The notes under the pieces were generated by a model. It was not told where the DNA came from, did no database searches, and worked only from the letters and a program-made list of their open reading frames with translations. Position numbers and translations under genes: made by a program. From the IMG/VR virus record IMGVR_UViG_2541047848_000002: a DNA stretch of 43,934 nt. The stretch is one strand, 5' to 3'. Positions 8,633 to 17,856 of this stretch are shown one piece after another (within the stretch, counting starts at the first letter, position 1; each line of letters starts with the position of its first letter). This DNA comes from a virus. Taxonomy: Duplodnaviria; Heunggongvirae; Uroviricota; Caudoviricetes.

Positions 8633-9562
8633 ATGGCAAACACTGCTGAGATATTCAATTTTCCAGTGCCGGATGCGGCACAAAAGGAGCTGCGCGTGGC
8701 AGATCTCGATGATGGTTATACGCGCATTGCAAATGAGTTGCTGGAAGCTGTGATGCTGGCCGGATTAACACAGCACCAGCTTCTGGTCTTCCTAGCTGTC
8801 ATGCGCAAAACATATGGCTTTAATAAAAAACTGGATTGGGTGAGCAACGAGCAACTGTCCGAATTGACCGGGATATTGCCGCACAAGTGTTCTGCTGCAA
8901 AAAGTGTTCTGGTAAAGCGTGGGATTTTGATTCAGAGCGGGCGGAATATCGGTATTAATAATGTGGTCAGTGAATGGTCAACATTACCCGAATCAGGTAA
9001 GAAAAATAAAGTTTACCTGAAAGAGGTAAATTTACCTGAATCAGGTAAGAAAAGTTTACCCAAATCAGGTAAAGGCGTTTACCCGAATCAGGTAAACACA
9101 AAAGACAAACTAACAAAAGACAATATAAAACCTTTTTCGTCCGAGAATTCTGGCGAATCCTCTGACCAACCAGAAAACGATCTTCCTGTGGTGAAACCAG
9201 ATGCTGCAATTCAGAGCGGCAGCAAGTGGGGGACAGCAGAAGACCTGACCGCCGCAGAGTGGATGTTTGACATGGTGAAGACCATCGCGCCATCAGCCAG
9301 AAAACCGAATTTTGCAGGGTGGGCTAACGATATCCGCCTGATGCGTGAACGTGACGGACGTAACCACCGCGACATGTGTGTGCTGTTCCGCTGGGCATGC
9401 CAGGACAACTTCTGGTCCGGTAACGTGCTAAGTCCGGCCAAACTCCGCGACAAGTGGACCCAACTCGAAATCAACCGTAACAAGCAACAGGCAGGCGTGA
9501 CAGCTAGCAAACCAAAACTCGACCTGACAAACACAGACTGGATTTACGGGGTGGATCTATGA
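8633..9562 (+). CDS. O: Replication initiator O (origin-binding)
   Basis: ORF 8543..9562; probable start at ATG 8633 (MANTAEIFNF...; SD GGGAGG upstream); N-terminal domain resembles lambda O (VADLDDGY..., LAVMRKTYG...) by recall; contains the iteron array internally as in lambda. Confidence 0.9.
   Translation: MANTAEIFNFPVPDAAQKELRVADLDDGYTRIANELLEAVMLAGLTQHQLLVFLAVMRKTYGFNKKLDWVSNEQLSELTGILPHKCSAAKSVLVKRGILIQSGRNIGINNVVSEWSTLPESGKKNKVYLKEVNLPESGKKSLPKSGKGVYPNQVNTKDKLTKDNIKPFSSENSGESSDQPENDLPVVKPDAAIQSGSKWGTAEDLTAAEWMFDMVKTIAPSARKPNFAGWANDIRLMRERDGRNHRDMCVLFRWACQDNFWSGNVLSPAKLRDKWTQLEINRNKQQAGVTASKPKLDLTNTDWIYGVDL
8984..9097. repeat. Origin of replication iterons inside O
   Basis: Five direct copies of about 18 bp (TTTACCyGAAwCAGGTAA) spaced about 22-23 bp, followed by an AT-rich stretch (9098-9135); the classic ori-lambda architecture. 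Confidence 0.7.
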
Positions 9563-10281
9563 AAAACATCGCCGCACAGATGATTAACTTTGACCGTGAG
9601 CAGATGCGTCGGATCGCCAACAACATGCCGGAACAGTACGACGAAAAGCCTCAGGTACAGCAGGTAGCGCAGATCATCAATGGTGTGTTCAGCCAGTTAC
9701 TGGCAACTTTCCCGGCGAGCCTGGCTAACCGTGACCAGAATGAACTGAACGAAATCCGCCGCCAGTGGGTTCTGGCTTTCCGGGAAAACGGGATCACCAC
9801 AATGGAACAGGTTAACGCTGGAATGCGCGTAGCCCGTCGGCAGAATCGACCATTTCTGCCATCACCCGGGCAGTTTGTTGCATGGTGCCGGGAAGAAGCA
9901 TCCGTTATCGCCGGACTGCCAAACGTCAGCGAGCTGGTTGATATGGTTTACGAGTATTGCCGGAAGCGAGGCCTGTATCCGGATGCGGAGTCTTATCCGT
10001 GGAAATCAAACGCGCACTACTGGCTGGTTACCAACCTGTATCAGAACATGCGGGCCAATGCGCTTACTGATGCGGAATTACGCCGTAAGGCCGCAGATGA
10101 GCTTGTCCATATGACTGCGAGAATTAACCGTGGTGAGGCGATCCCTGAACCAGTAAAACAACTTCCTGTTATGGGCGGTAGACCTCTAAATCGTGCACAG
10201 GCTCTGGCGAAGATCGCAGAAATCAAAGCTAAGTTTGGGCTGAAAGGGGGAAAAGCATTATATAAAAAGATTTCGAAATAA
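9559..10281 (+). CDS. P: Replication protein P (DnaB helicase loader)
   Basis: 240-aa ORF (MKNIAAQMINFDREQMRRIANNMPEQYDEKPQVQQVAQIING...) matching lambda P by recall; 4-nt overlap with the O stop. Confidence 0.95.
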   Translation: MKNIAAQMINFDREQMRRIANNMPEQYDEKPQVQQVAQIINGVFSQLLATFPASLANRDQNELNEIRRQWVLAFRENGITTMEQVNAGMRVARRQNRPFLPSPGQFVAWCREEASVIAGLPNVSELVDMVYEYCRKRGLYPDAESYPWKSNAHYWLVTNLYQNMRANALTDAELRRKAADELVHMTARINRGEAIPEPVKQLPVMGGRPLNRAQALAKIAEIKAKFGLKGGKALYKKISK

Positions 10282-10433
10282 TGCATTGATTTTTATGTTT
10301 TTTTCTGTTCAGGTTCTATTGGTTGAAATTAATGCCACTGGGAATAAAAGTTTTAGCAAAGCCCTTCAAAAATGTTGCTGTTGTAAGCTAGAATAATGCG
10401 CCAAATTTACATTGCTGAAACCTGGAATATAGG

Positions 10434-11099
10434 ATGAAAATCATACAGTTACAAATGGTATTTTTTTACGATTCATCAACGACTGTCGATTTCGATGGAA
10501 TGTCGTATTTTATTAGGCAAACTTTTAAAAAGAAGGCAGGTATTGAATTAACAAACAATATGATGTTGGGCGTTTTACCTATGGATACCCCACCAGAGAT
10601 TCCTCGTCTCCAATTGTTTTCTATAGATAATAAATTTAGAGTTCAATGCTCACTGCAGAGATGTGATTTGTTTTTTGAACGTATGGATTCTGAGCAAGAG
10701 GTAGACTTACATTTGTTTCAAGAAGTTTTCGATAGTGTGGTTGATATCCATAAAGAACTCAATAAGGATATTATCAGAATAGGCTTGGTGGCCGTTAAGG
10801 CGGAATTAAACAACAACCCAAACAAAGAGATTGTTAAAAACTATCTTAGTAACAACATGCAGAATGATAGCGAAATAATTGAAGATATTAATTTAATGTA
10901 TAATAAAAAATTCGAGTTTGAGCAGTCCATATTTAATTGTCATTTGTCGATTATGTCAGGATATGATCTTGTCAGAGAACAACCAATGCTAGTGAAACAG
11001 ATCGATGTGAATACAATCGAGAGTTTTATATTTAAAGATAAATATACCGCAGAAAAAACAAAAAAAGCCTTTTTAAGTAAAGTGAATGAAATTCAGTAA
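10434..11099 (+). CDS. Hypothetical protein, first gene of an AT-rich accessory cassette
   Basis: 221-aa ORF in an about 30% GC island directly after P (lambda ren position); no recognisable domain; weak SD. Confidence 0.7.
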   Translation: MKIIQLQMVFFYDSSTTVDFDGMSYFIRQTFKKKAGIELTNNMMLGVLPMDTPPEIPRLQLFSIDNKFRVQCSLQRCDLFFERMDSEQEVDLHLFQEVFDSVVDIHKELNKDIIRIGLVAVKAELNNNPNKEIVKNYLSNNMQNDSEIIEDINLMYNKKFEFEQSIFNCHLSIMSGYDLVREQPMLVKQIDVNTIESFIFKDKYTAEKTKKAFLSKVNEIQ

Positions 11100-11113
11100 T
11101 GTGAGGTGGCTGA

Positions 11114-12073
11114 ATGAATAAGGATGATAATAAAAAGGATATAAAAAGAATTGCAAATAATAATGCTATAGTCAACGATGACATGGCAAAAAGAACTGCG
11201 CATCATTCACTTTATTCTAATTCACAAGTATCGAATAGTACATCTACGTATACAGGAGGGGTACAAAAAATTAGTAATTTGCAGATAGATAATAAAACTG
11301 CAACAGCTTCAAATAAAGAGCGGGAAAGTATATCTATCAAAGACGCGGCACCACAAAACTTAATAAAAACCTCTCTTTTTGTTAATGAAAAAGAAATGTT
11401 GCATGAAGCTATAAAATACAGTTCAAAAGCAACTGTGCCGGTGATGGATAATACTGTCTCTAATGCCATTTTATCTAATTACTTTGTTAATAATAATTCT
11501 GAATCTACAATTTCTTTTAATAAAGAGAATGTAAAAAAATATACAAAAAGTGATATTGATAACATCCTCTGGAAAAATATCAATGATCAACTAACCAATT
11601 TTTCGCAAGAGTTGAATAAGAGCAAAAAGAATATTAATGATACTAAAAGAAAAATAGGTAAGGTAATGTCTTCATTATCTCAGCAAACTGCAAAGATTGA
11701 GCAATTTGATGCAACATTATCAGATGCTGAAAAAGATATACATGAGAAAGTTAAAAGCTTTGAATCGGAAGTAATTACAGCAAGGAACTCAATGCTGGGT
11801 GTCATTGCTTTATTTGCTTCTTTCTTTACTTTCATTTCTATTTCAGTAAACGTATTTTCTCGCGATATGTCTTTAAGCATGTCAATCTCAGTTTTGTTAG
11901 TGATATGGTCGTGCTTAATTAGCTTTATCTTTGTTTTTATGGCAGGGATTAGCAAGGGAGGAGCTTTTTTTACAAGCTCATCATTTATTAAGCATGCCAT
12001 TTTTATGGTTGTGCTTTTTATTTCATCTTTCGCACTCCCTAAAGTTATTTTTAATATCTTTGCAATTAGCTGA
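11114..12073 (+). CDS. Hypothetical membrane protein with N-terminal Asn/Ser-rich coiled-coil region and C-terminal multi-helix hydrophobic domain
   Basis: 319-aa ORF 14 nt after the previous gene with strong SD GAGGTGG; the C-terminal about 100 aa contain three hydrophobic helix-like segments (LGVIALFASFFTFISISVNVF; ISVLLVIWSCLISFIFVFMAGI; AIFMVVLFISSFALPKVIF); about 30% GC. Confidence 0.75.
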   Translation: MNKDDNKKDIKRIANNNAIVNDDMAKRTAHHSLYSNSQVSNSTSTYTGGVQKISNLQIDNKTATASNKERESISIKDAAPQNLIKTSLFVNEKEMLHEAIKYSSKATVPVMDNTVSNAILSNYFVNNNSESTISFNKENVKKYTKSDIDNILWKNINDQLTNFSQELNKSKKNINDTKRKIGKVMSSLSQQTAKIEQFDATLSDAEKDIHEKVKSFESEVITARNSMLGVIALFASFFTFISISVNVFSRDMSLSMSISVLLVIWSCLISFIFVFMAGISKGGAFFTSSSFIKHAIFMVVLFISSFALPKVIFNIFAIS

Positions 12074-12157
12074 CTATCAGATGTTATCTTCAGTTGTTTA
12101 GGGTTGATTTAAAAGCGAATCTTAATATTTTCAAATTTTGAATTTAGAAATAAAAAA

Positions 12158-12300
12158 GCCATAATATTGTCATCGGAGCCTAAAAAACTCCGGTGACTTC
12201 TGCGCTAAACGGGGACGTTTATGCGCACACACAATCCAAACTCTCATCTCCATTCACAGATGCAGAAATGCACCTACGATTTTTTACATTCGGTGTTTTA
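12158..12300. repeat. Direct repeat copy 1 (about 140 bp; second copy at 14090-14235)
   Basis: Copies align by eye at roughly 88% identity with one indel (core AACTCCGGTGACTTCTGCGCTAAACGGGGACGTTTATGCGCAC...CCATTCACAGATGCAGAAATGCACCT). Confidence 0.7.
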
Positions 12301-12704
12301 CTTCGACAGCCAGAATTGGGAGTCTCTATTCGTCTGGCGGCTAAAGGTGATATGGAAATCGTTATGTTTTGGCCTGAGGTAGTTGTAACTGTTGTAGCAA
12401 CTATGGCTGTGATCATCATGGTGTCCATTTACTGGGGTTGACGACATGATTTATCCGGCGCTATATTCTGTGCGTTGCCGCAAAATCGGCACACGGGATT
12501 GGCGTCCCGGGATACTACTCAACGCATACCGCGTTAAGCGGTTTTTTTGTGCGCTAAGCACGGCTATGCCCAAATTATGGTGGGCTGTGTGAGGGCTTCT
12601 TCGGAAGCGCCGGGTTTGAGTAGCCGGTTACGCCAACCTTACACAGTTCACCACCAGTCGATTGGCGTCGTTGGTGGTGATGGTTAACCTGATGAGGTGA
12701 TACT

Positions 12705-13313
12705 ATGACTACTCAATTAGCATTCCACAAAACGACGTTTACCCCGATTTGCCACAATAACAGAATTTGGCTTACTGCCACTGAAGTTGGTTTAGCACTG
12801 GAATATGCGGACGATAAAGCAGTTCAGCGCATTTACTCTCGGCACTCAGATGAATTCACAGATATGATGACAAGGGTGGTCAAAGTGACCACCCCTCGTG
12901 GAATGCAGGAGTCTCGAGTATTTAGCCTTCGCGGAGCCCATTTGATCGCCATGTTTGCTCGTACTCCTGTGGCCAAAGAATTCCGCCGCTGGGTTCTGGA
13001 TATTCTCGATCGAGAAGTTCAACAATCCCCAATCACAAAACAATTCACTGATAACGAACTTTGCACACTCGCCTGGTTATGGCGAGCAAGTGATACGATG
13101 TTAACCGCCTGCCAGAACGTTACGCCCCTTCTTCAGGTCGCAGAGCATCGCGAAGCAGGTAGATTCACTTCAATCGAACAAGAATATCCTCGGATACTCA
13201 ACAGGGCGCGAGAAATCCTTGCCAGAGAAACGGCGCATGTAAAATTCCAACCGTGGCAGGATGATAAGTGGAGTCGTGTGTTACCATATTTCCGTCAGAA
13301 TCTGTTGCAATAA
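12705..13313 (+). CDS. Bro-N domain protein (putative antirepressor-like regulator)
   Basis: 202-aa ORF with SD GAGGTGA; N-terminal region (FTPICHNNRIWLTATEVGLALEYADDKAVQRIY) resembles the Bro-N/antirepressor N-terminal domain. Confidence 0.7.
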   Translation: MTTQLAFHKTTFTPICHNNRIWLTATEVGLALEYADDKAVQRIYSRHSDEFTDMMTRVVKVTTPRGMQESRVFSLRGAHLIAMFARTPVAKEFRRWVLDILDREVQQSPITKQFTDNELCTLAWLWRASDTMLTACQNVTPLLQVAEHREAGRFTSIEQEYPRILNRAREILARETAHVKFQPWQDDKWSRVLPYFRQNLLQ

Positions 13314-13331
13314 AGTCACTAGTTAGAAATA

Positions 13332-13371
13332 CTGCCAGCATTCTGCGATGACGGAAGTGCTGGCATTTTTT
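13332..13371 (+). terminator. Rho-independent terminator after the Bro-N gene
   Basis: Stem TGCCAGCA / TGCTGGCA (13332-13339 / 13357-13364) followed by TTTTTTT (13365-13371). Confidence 0.6.
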
Positions 13372-13547
13372 TGGTAATGTGCGAGTCCATTTCATAAAAT
13401 ACGGGTACTGGAACTGGACGATATAATCTAAAAGATACCATTATCAGTAGCATTAAAATCGCTATGTGCCGATACGGATATAAGTTATATTGATTGTTCA
13501 CATACCTTATTGGATATTACTGAGGGGTGTTTATATAAGGTGTAACG

Positions 13548-14057
13548 ATGATGTGGAACTTTGACAGTGCCGACTTAAGTGCAATAGCAGCAGGCATTTC
13601 TGCGTTTGGCACATTAGCCGCAGCGGGGTCGGCGCTTGCAAGTTGGTACACGTCAAAAAAAGCGCTGCAGCTACAAAATAGAGTTTACCTTTATGAGTCT
13701 TTAAAGGCTTGCGCTGAGAGAGCCAATTCATCAGCTAAAGATAAGCGCGGATCTGAATGGAGCGTTAATGATGCAGCGGATATCATCAGGTGCCTAGTAC
13801 GGGCGATGGAGATCATCAAGCAGGATAGCCAGCAGAAAGAAGGTAATCAGGCATTAATGTTGAAACAGTACTTTGTTAATCTGCTAATAATGGAACTGTA
13901 CGAGGAAGTTCATAACGGTGATGCGGCTGATTCTGTTTTTAAAAGGACGGAACCTACACAAGTACTTGATAACTTATGGGGCAAATGGCAGGAGGCTATA
14001 GCTTTTTTTGATATTTGGAATTACCCAGTTGCGACTGAGGAAGACTTGGCAGACTAA
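13548..14057 (+). CDS. Hypothetical protein with N-terminal hydrophobic (Ala/Gly-rich) segment
   Basis: 169-aa ORF (MMWNFDSADLSAIAAGISAFGTLAAAGSALASWY...) preceded by an AT-rich region; no domain recognised. Confidence 0.6.
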   Translation: MMWNFDSADLSAIAAGISAFGTLAAAGSALASWYTSKKALQLQNRVYLYESLKACAERANSSAKDKRGSEWSVNDAADIIRCLVRAMEIIKQDSQQKEGNQALMLKQYFVNLLIMELYEEVHNGDAADSVFKRTEPTQVLDNLWGKWQEAIAFFDIWNYPVATEEDLAD

Positions 14058-14089
14058 TTTTCAGCACATTTGATTTCCAATAATCAACC

Positions 14090-14235
14090 AGCCATAATCA
14101 TGCCATTGGAGCCTGAACAACTCCGGTGACTTCTGCGCTAAACGGGGACGTTTATGCGCACATACAATCCAACCTATCTTCTCCATTCACAGATGCAGAA
14201 ATGCACCTGCGATTTTTTGCATCCAGCGTTTGGCC
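14090..14235. repeat. Direct repeat copy 2 (partner of 12158-12300), immediately upstream of the NinB/YbcN-like gene
   Basis: See copy 1; this copy runs into the SD (GGAGG) and GTG start of the ORF at 14252. Confidence 0.7.
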
Positions 14236-14251
14236 TCTGCGGAGGTGAAGC

Positions 14252-14707
14252 GTGAACCTCCCACAAGATGGCATCAAATTACATCGCGGTAACTTCACCG
14301 CTATCGGTCGGCAGATCCAGCCTTATCTGGAGGAGGGCAAATGCTTTCGCATGGTGCTTAAACCGTGGCGTGAGAAACGCAGTCTTTCCCAGAATGCACT
14401 CAGCCACATGTGGTACAGCGAAATCAGTGAATACCTCATCAACAGGGGTAAAACGTTCGCCACTCCAGCTTGGGTAAAAGATGCTCTCAAACACACATAT
14501 CTCGGTTATGAAACCAAAGACCTGGTTGATGTCGTAACCGGTGATATCACCACTATCCAGTCGTTACGCCATACCTCCGATCTTGATACCGGAGAGATGT
14601 ATGTCTTCCTGTGTAAGGTTGAAGCCTGGGCGGTGAATATTGGCTGCCACCTGACTATTCCGCAGAGCTGCGAGTTCCAGCTGCTCCGTGACAAGCAGGA
14701 GGCGTAA
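14252..14707 (+). CDS. NinB/Orf-family recombination protein (YbcN-like)
   Basis: 151-aa ORF with GTG start and SD GGAGG; motif [13 protein letters not shown] resembles the NinB RSLDQN...W motif; first gene of a DLP12-like nin block. Confidence 0.7.
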   Translation: MNLPQDGIKLHRGNFTAIGRQIQPYLEEGKCFRMVLKPWREKRSLSQNALSHMWYSEISEYLINRGKTFATPAWVKDALKHTYLGYETKDLVDVVTGDITTIQSLRHTSDLDTGEMYVFLCKVEAWAVNIGCHLTIPQSCEFQLLRDKQEA

Positions 14708-14877
14708 TGGCTACACCGCTTATTCGTGTCATGAACGGACACATCTACAGAGTATCAAATCGTCGTAAGCGTAAGCCTGAGCCGAAGCCATCCGAAATAC
14801 CAACACTGCTCGGATATACCGCTAGCCTGGTTGATAAAAAATGGTTGCGACTGGCAGCAAGGAGGAATCATGGCTGA
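14707..14877 (+). CDS. ninE: NinE-like small protein
   Basis: 56-codon ORF ([56 protein letters not shown]) not on the supplied ORF track (<60 aa); start overlaps the previous stop (TAATG); C-terminal W-x-x-W-L-R resembles lambda NinE. Confidence 0.55.
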   Translation: MATPLIRVMNGHIYRVSNRRKRKPEPKPSEIPTLLGYTASLVDKKWLRLAARRNHG

Positions 14878-15160
14878 TTTGAGAAAAGCAGCGCGTGGTC
14901 GGGAATGCCAGGTAAGAATCCCTGGCGTATGTAATGGCAATTCTGAAACGTCTGTACTGGCACATATCCGGCTGGCTGGATTGTGCGGTACCGGTATCAA
15001 ACCGCCAGACCTGATTGCCACCATTGCATGTTCTGCCTGCCACGACGAAATCGACCGCCGCACACATTTTGTCGATGCTGCATATGCAAAAGAATGCGCG
15101 CTGGAAGGTATGGCGAGAACACAGGTTATCTGGCTGAAAGAGGGGGTTATTAAGGCGTGA
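14870..15160 (+). CDS. YbcO-like nin-region protein (DUF1364-type, Cys-rich)
   Basis: ORF 14831..15160; probable start [14 protein letters not shown]... at 14870 (96 aa); conserved Cys pattern (CQVRIPGVC...CSACHDEID); precedes rusA as in DLP12. Confidence 0.7.
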   Translation: MADLRKAARGRECQVRIPGVCNGNSETSVLAHIRLAGLCGTGIKPPDLIATIACSACHDEIDRRTHFVDAAYAKECALEGMARTQVIWLKEGVIKA

Positions 15161-15519
15161 ATACCTACAGCATCACATTACCCTGGCCTCCGAGCAATAA
15201 TCGCTATTACCGCCATAATCGCGGGCGCACGCACATCAGCGCAGAAGGGCTGGCATACCGCGATAACGTCACCCGAATCATTAAAAACGCAATGCTGGAT
15301 ATCGGCCTGGCTATGCCAGTGAAAATCCGTATTGAGTGCCACATGCCGGATCGCCGTCGCCGTGACCTGGATAATCTGCAAAAAGCCGCTTTTGACGCAC
15401 TCACCAAAGCAGGTTTCTGGCTGGATGATGCTCAGGTCGTTGATTACCGCGTTGTGAAGATGCCTGTTACCAAAGGTGGGAGGCTGGAACTGACCATCAC
15501 CGAAATGGGGAATGAATGA
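15157..15519 (+). CDS. rusA: Holliday junction resolvase RusA
   Basis: 120-aa ORF ([26 protein letters not shown]...[34 protein letters not shown]...) matching E. coli RusA by recall. Confidence 0.95.
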   Translation: MNTYSITLPWPPSNNRYYRHNRGRTHISAEGLAYRDNVTRIIKNAMLDIGLAMPVKIRIECHMPDRRRRDLDNLQKAAFDALTKAGFWLDDAQVVDYRVVKMPVTKGGRLELTITEMGNE

Positions 15520-15656
15520 TGTTTGAGTTTAATATGGCAGAACTTCTTCGCCACCGCTGGGGGCGTCTGCGCTTATATCGTTTCCCCGGTTCTGTTTTGA
15601 CCGATTACCGAATACTGAAGAATTACGCCAAAACACTGACAGGAGCAGGAGTATGA
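15516..15656 (+). CDS. Small nin-region ORF (YlcG-like)
   Basis: 46-codon ORF ([46 protein letters not shown]) overlapping the rusA stop, between rusA and Q as in DLP12; not on ORF track (<60 aa). Confidence 0.4.
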   Translation: MMFEFNMAELLRHRWGRLRLYRFPGSVLTDYRILKNYAKTLTGAGV

Positions 15657-15741
15657 AGTCAGAGATAACAATCAACTAATACTGTTTTGTTGATTTTTGC
15701 TTGTAATTGGCGTTCTGGTCTGATTTTTGTGGAGTAAGTTG

Positions 15742-16125
15742 ATGCGTGATATTCAGATGGTTCTTGAGCGTTGGGGAGCGTGGGCGGCTAATAATCATGA
15801 AGATGTGACCTGGTCGTCCATTGCCGCCGGTTTTAAGGGATTAATTACTTCAAAAGTAAAATCTCGCCCGCAATGTTGTGACGATGACGCGATGATTATT
15901 TGCGGGTGCATGGCCCGTCTGAAAAAGAACAACAGCGATTTGCACGATTTATTAGTAGATTATTATGTAGTCGGTATGACATTCATGTCACTGGCAGGTA
16001 AGCATTGCTGCTCTGATGGTTATATCGGGAAAAGGTTACAGAAGGCTGAGGGCATAATTGAAGGGATGTTAATGGCATTAGATATCCGGTTAGAGATGGA
16101 TATCGTTGTTAATAACTCTAATTAA
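15742..16125 (+). CDS. Q: Late-gene antiterminator Q (phage 82/DLP12 QuuD type)
   Basis: ORF 15727..16125 (TTG start on track); probable ATG at 15742 ([22 protein letters not shown]...); Cys-rich zinc-binding region; directly upstream of the late/lysis region. Confidence 0.85.
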   Translation: MRDIQMVLERWGAWAANNHEDVTWSSIAAGFKGLITSKVKSRPQCCDDDAMIICGCMARLKKNNSDLHDLLVDYYVVGMTFMSLAGKHCCSDGYIGKRLQKAEGIIEGMLMALDIRLEMDIVVNNSN

Positions 16126-16140
16126 TATGCCAATTGTTTA

Positions 16141-16176
16141 CTAAAAATTATTAAAAATGGGGCGTTGAGACGCCCC
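16141..16176 (-). terminator. Rho-independent terminator (minus strand) between convergent Q and porin genes
   Basis: Stem GGGGCGT/ACGCCCC (16159-16176) followed on the minus strand by a U-rich run (plus 16141-16158); one of four hairpins in 16150-16300. Confidence 0.45.
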
Positions 16177-16314
16177 CAAAAATAAAGGGTAATATATAAC
16201 AGAAGGTTTATATAGTTAGAAGCAAGGTTGTGCTTCTAAAGGAAGTGGCTTGAGGGAGCCACTTATATGTTGGGGAGGCAACGCCTCCCGCAACATATCT
16301 TTTTCGTAATCAGA

Positions 16315-17397
16315 TTAGAACTGGTAAACCAGACCTACAGCAACGATGTCATCAGTATCAATACCAGCTGTTTTGGTAAACTTACTATCGTCAATTAAGT
16401 TGATTTTGTAATCAACAAAAGTGGACATGTTTTTATTAAAGTAGTAAGTAGCACCGACATCGACATACTTGACTAAGTCTCGGTCACCATGAACACCAAG
16501 GTCTTTACCTTTTGACTGAAGGTAAGCAACAGATGGGCGCAGACCGAAGTCAAACTGATATTGTGCTACTGCTTCAAAGTTTTGTGCTTTGTTTGCAATA
16601 TGGTTATTACCAAAAACGGTCATATTCTGAGTTTCAGAATATGTGGTAGCCAGATAGATATTGTTCGCATCATATTTCAGGCCTGCAGCCCATACTTCCG
16701 CATTTTTGCCGGAGGCATTGAATTTGCTCTTACCATAGGCGACCTGACCGTCAGTGCGATCTGATTTAGCATAGGTTGCACCCACGCCGAATCCTTCATA
16801 CTCATAAGTAGTGGAGAAACCGAAACCATCACCATTGGCTTCAGTTACGTCAGTGCGGTCATTTTTACCCTGATACTGAGCAGCAAAGTTCAGGCCATCG
16901 ACCAGACCAAAGAAGTCGTTGTTACGATAAGTTGCAACACCAGTAGTGCGACCAGTCATGAACACATCTGTTTGGGTCCAGGTATCACCACCGAATTCTG
17001 GCAGGACGTCAGTCCACGCACCGATGTCGTATGCTACACCGTAGTTACGGCCGTAATCGATTGAGCCGTAATCACCAAATTTCAGGCCTGCAAATGCAAG
17101 ACGGGTTTTGTCTTTGGAAGAACCTTGAGATTCAGCGCGGTTGCCTTTGAATTCATATTCCCACTGACCGAAACCAGTCAGTTGATCGTTGATTTGGGTT
17201 TCACCTTTGAAGCCAAGACGGGCATAAGTAGTATCACCATCATCTGCATCATTAGAGGAGAAGTAGTGCTTAGCATTAACTTTCCCGTACAGATCCAGCT
17301 TGTTACTGTCTTTATTATAAATTTCAGCTGCCTGAGCAGACATCGCCATCAGTACTGATGCAGCTACAGCAGAAATTGCCACTGTTAATTTTTTCAT
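16315..17397 (-). CDS. nmpC: Outer-membrane general porin (NmpC/OmpD/Lc family)
   Basis: 360-aa ORF with signal peptide ([29 protein letters not shown]), typical porin beta-strand pattern and C-terminal ...GLVYQF; sits between Q and the holin on the opposite strand, as nmpC does in DLP12. Confidence 0.93.
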   Translation of the reverse strand: MKKLTVAISAVAASVLMAMSAQAAEIYNKDSNKLDLYGKVNAKHYFSSNDADDGDTTYARLGFKGETQINDQLTGFGQWEYEFKGNRAESQGSSKDKTRLAFAGLKFGDYGSIDYGRNYGVAYDIGAWTDVLPEFGGDTWTQTDVFMTGRTTGVATYRNNDFFGLVDGLNFAAQYQGKNDRTDVTEANGDGFGFSTTYEYEGFGVGATYAKSDRTDGQVAYGKSKFNASGKNAEVWAAGLKYDANNIYLATTYSETQNMTVFGNNHIANKAQNFEAVAQYQFDFGLRPSVAYLQSKGKDLGVHGDRDLVKYVDVGATYYFNKNMSTFVDYKINLIDDSKFTKTAGIDTDDIVAVGLVYQF

Positions 17398-17825
17398 CGT
17401 GAGCCCTTTTTTTTGAACTATTATTAAAAAATGATGTCACTGCGTGATAAATATTCATCTAATCAATGTGATTATTTCAAGATGTAAGTTTTGGTTTCTC
17501 GTTTAATTTGTGAAGTAGATCTCTATTTTTATCTGAACTTTTTTCTATCGAATCCTATTCATGGCTCTTGGCTGAATAAAAATAAATCTATTAGCCAATT
17601 TATATTAATGGCTGTTATTTATAAGTGCTCTATAATTTGAAGGTTCAATTTAAATTGGCTAAAAATAACGCTGGAAATTATTTGTTGGTTATTTGTTGAG
17701 ATTTGCTTATGTATTTGTAGTGGTGTTTTCAATACTCGGTAGCATTCTCGCAAATATCATTTAGTGGTTTACGTACGTAAAAAATTGGTTATGCTGTTAA
17801 GAGTGGTTACTTCGTCACACAGCTT

Positions 17826-17856
17826 AAACCCGCCGTCGAGCGGGTTTTTCCATTTT
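17826..17856 (+). terminator. Rho-independent terminator about 115 bp upstream of the holin gene
   Basis: Stem AAACCCGC / GCGGGTTT (17826-17833 / 17840-17847) followed by TTTCCATTTTTT. Confidence 0.5.

Noticed and set aside
8984-9097. Regularly spaced short direct repeats that could be mistaken for a CRISPR array
   Set aside because: Only about 18-bp repeats with about 4-bp spacers, inside the O reading frame and followed by an AT-rich region: these are origin iterons, not CRISPR repeats. No cas genes in the window.
12193-12441. 82-aa ORF starting inside repeat copy 1, initially looking like a conserved small protein because the start of copy 2 translates similarly
   Set aside because: Copy 2 has a 1-nt indel relative to copy 1 (GCGCACACACAATCC versus GCGCACCATACAATCC), so the frames diverge after about 12 codons; the ORF has a GTG start and no convincing SD. 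Treated as non-coding repeat sequence.
14831-14869. N-terminal extension of the YbcO-like ORF (track start 14831, MIKNGCDWQQGGI...)
   Set aside because: The extension overlaps the NinE-like ORF in another frame; an ATG at 14870 follows an SD-like GGAGGAA and gives the 96-aa product expected by recall.
16159-16176. Hairpin GGGGCGT/ACGCCCC directly after Q as the plus-strand late terminator tR-prime
   Set aside because: On the plus strand the stem is followed by an A-run, not a T-run; it is oriented as a minus-strand terminator. The plus-strand candidate is the downstream hairpin at about 16272-16289 with a displaced T-run, which is weak.
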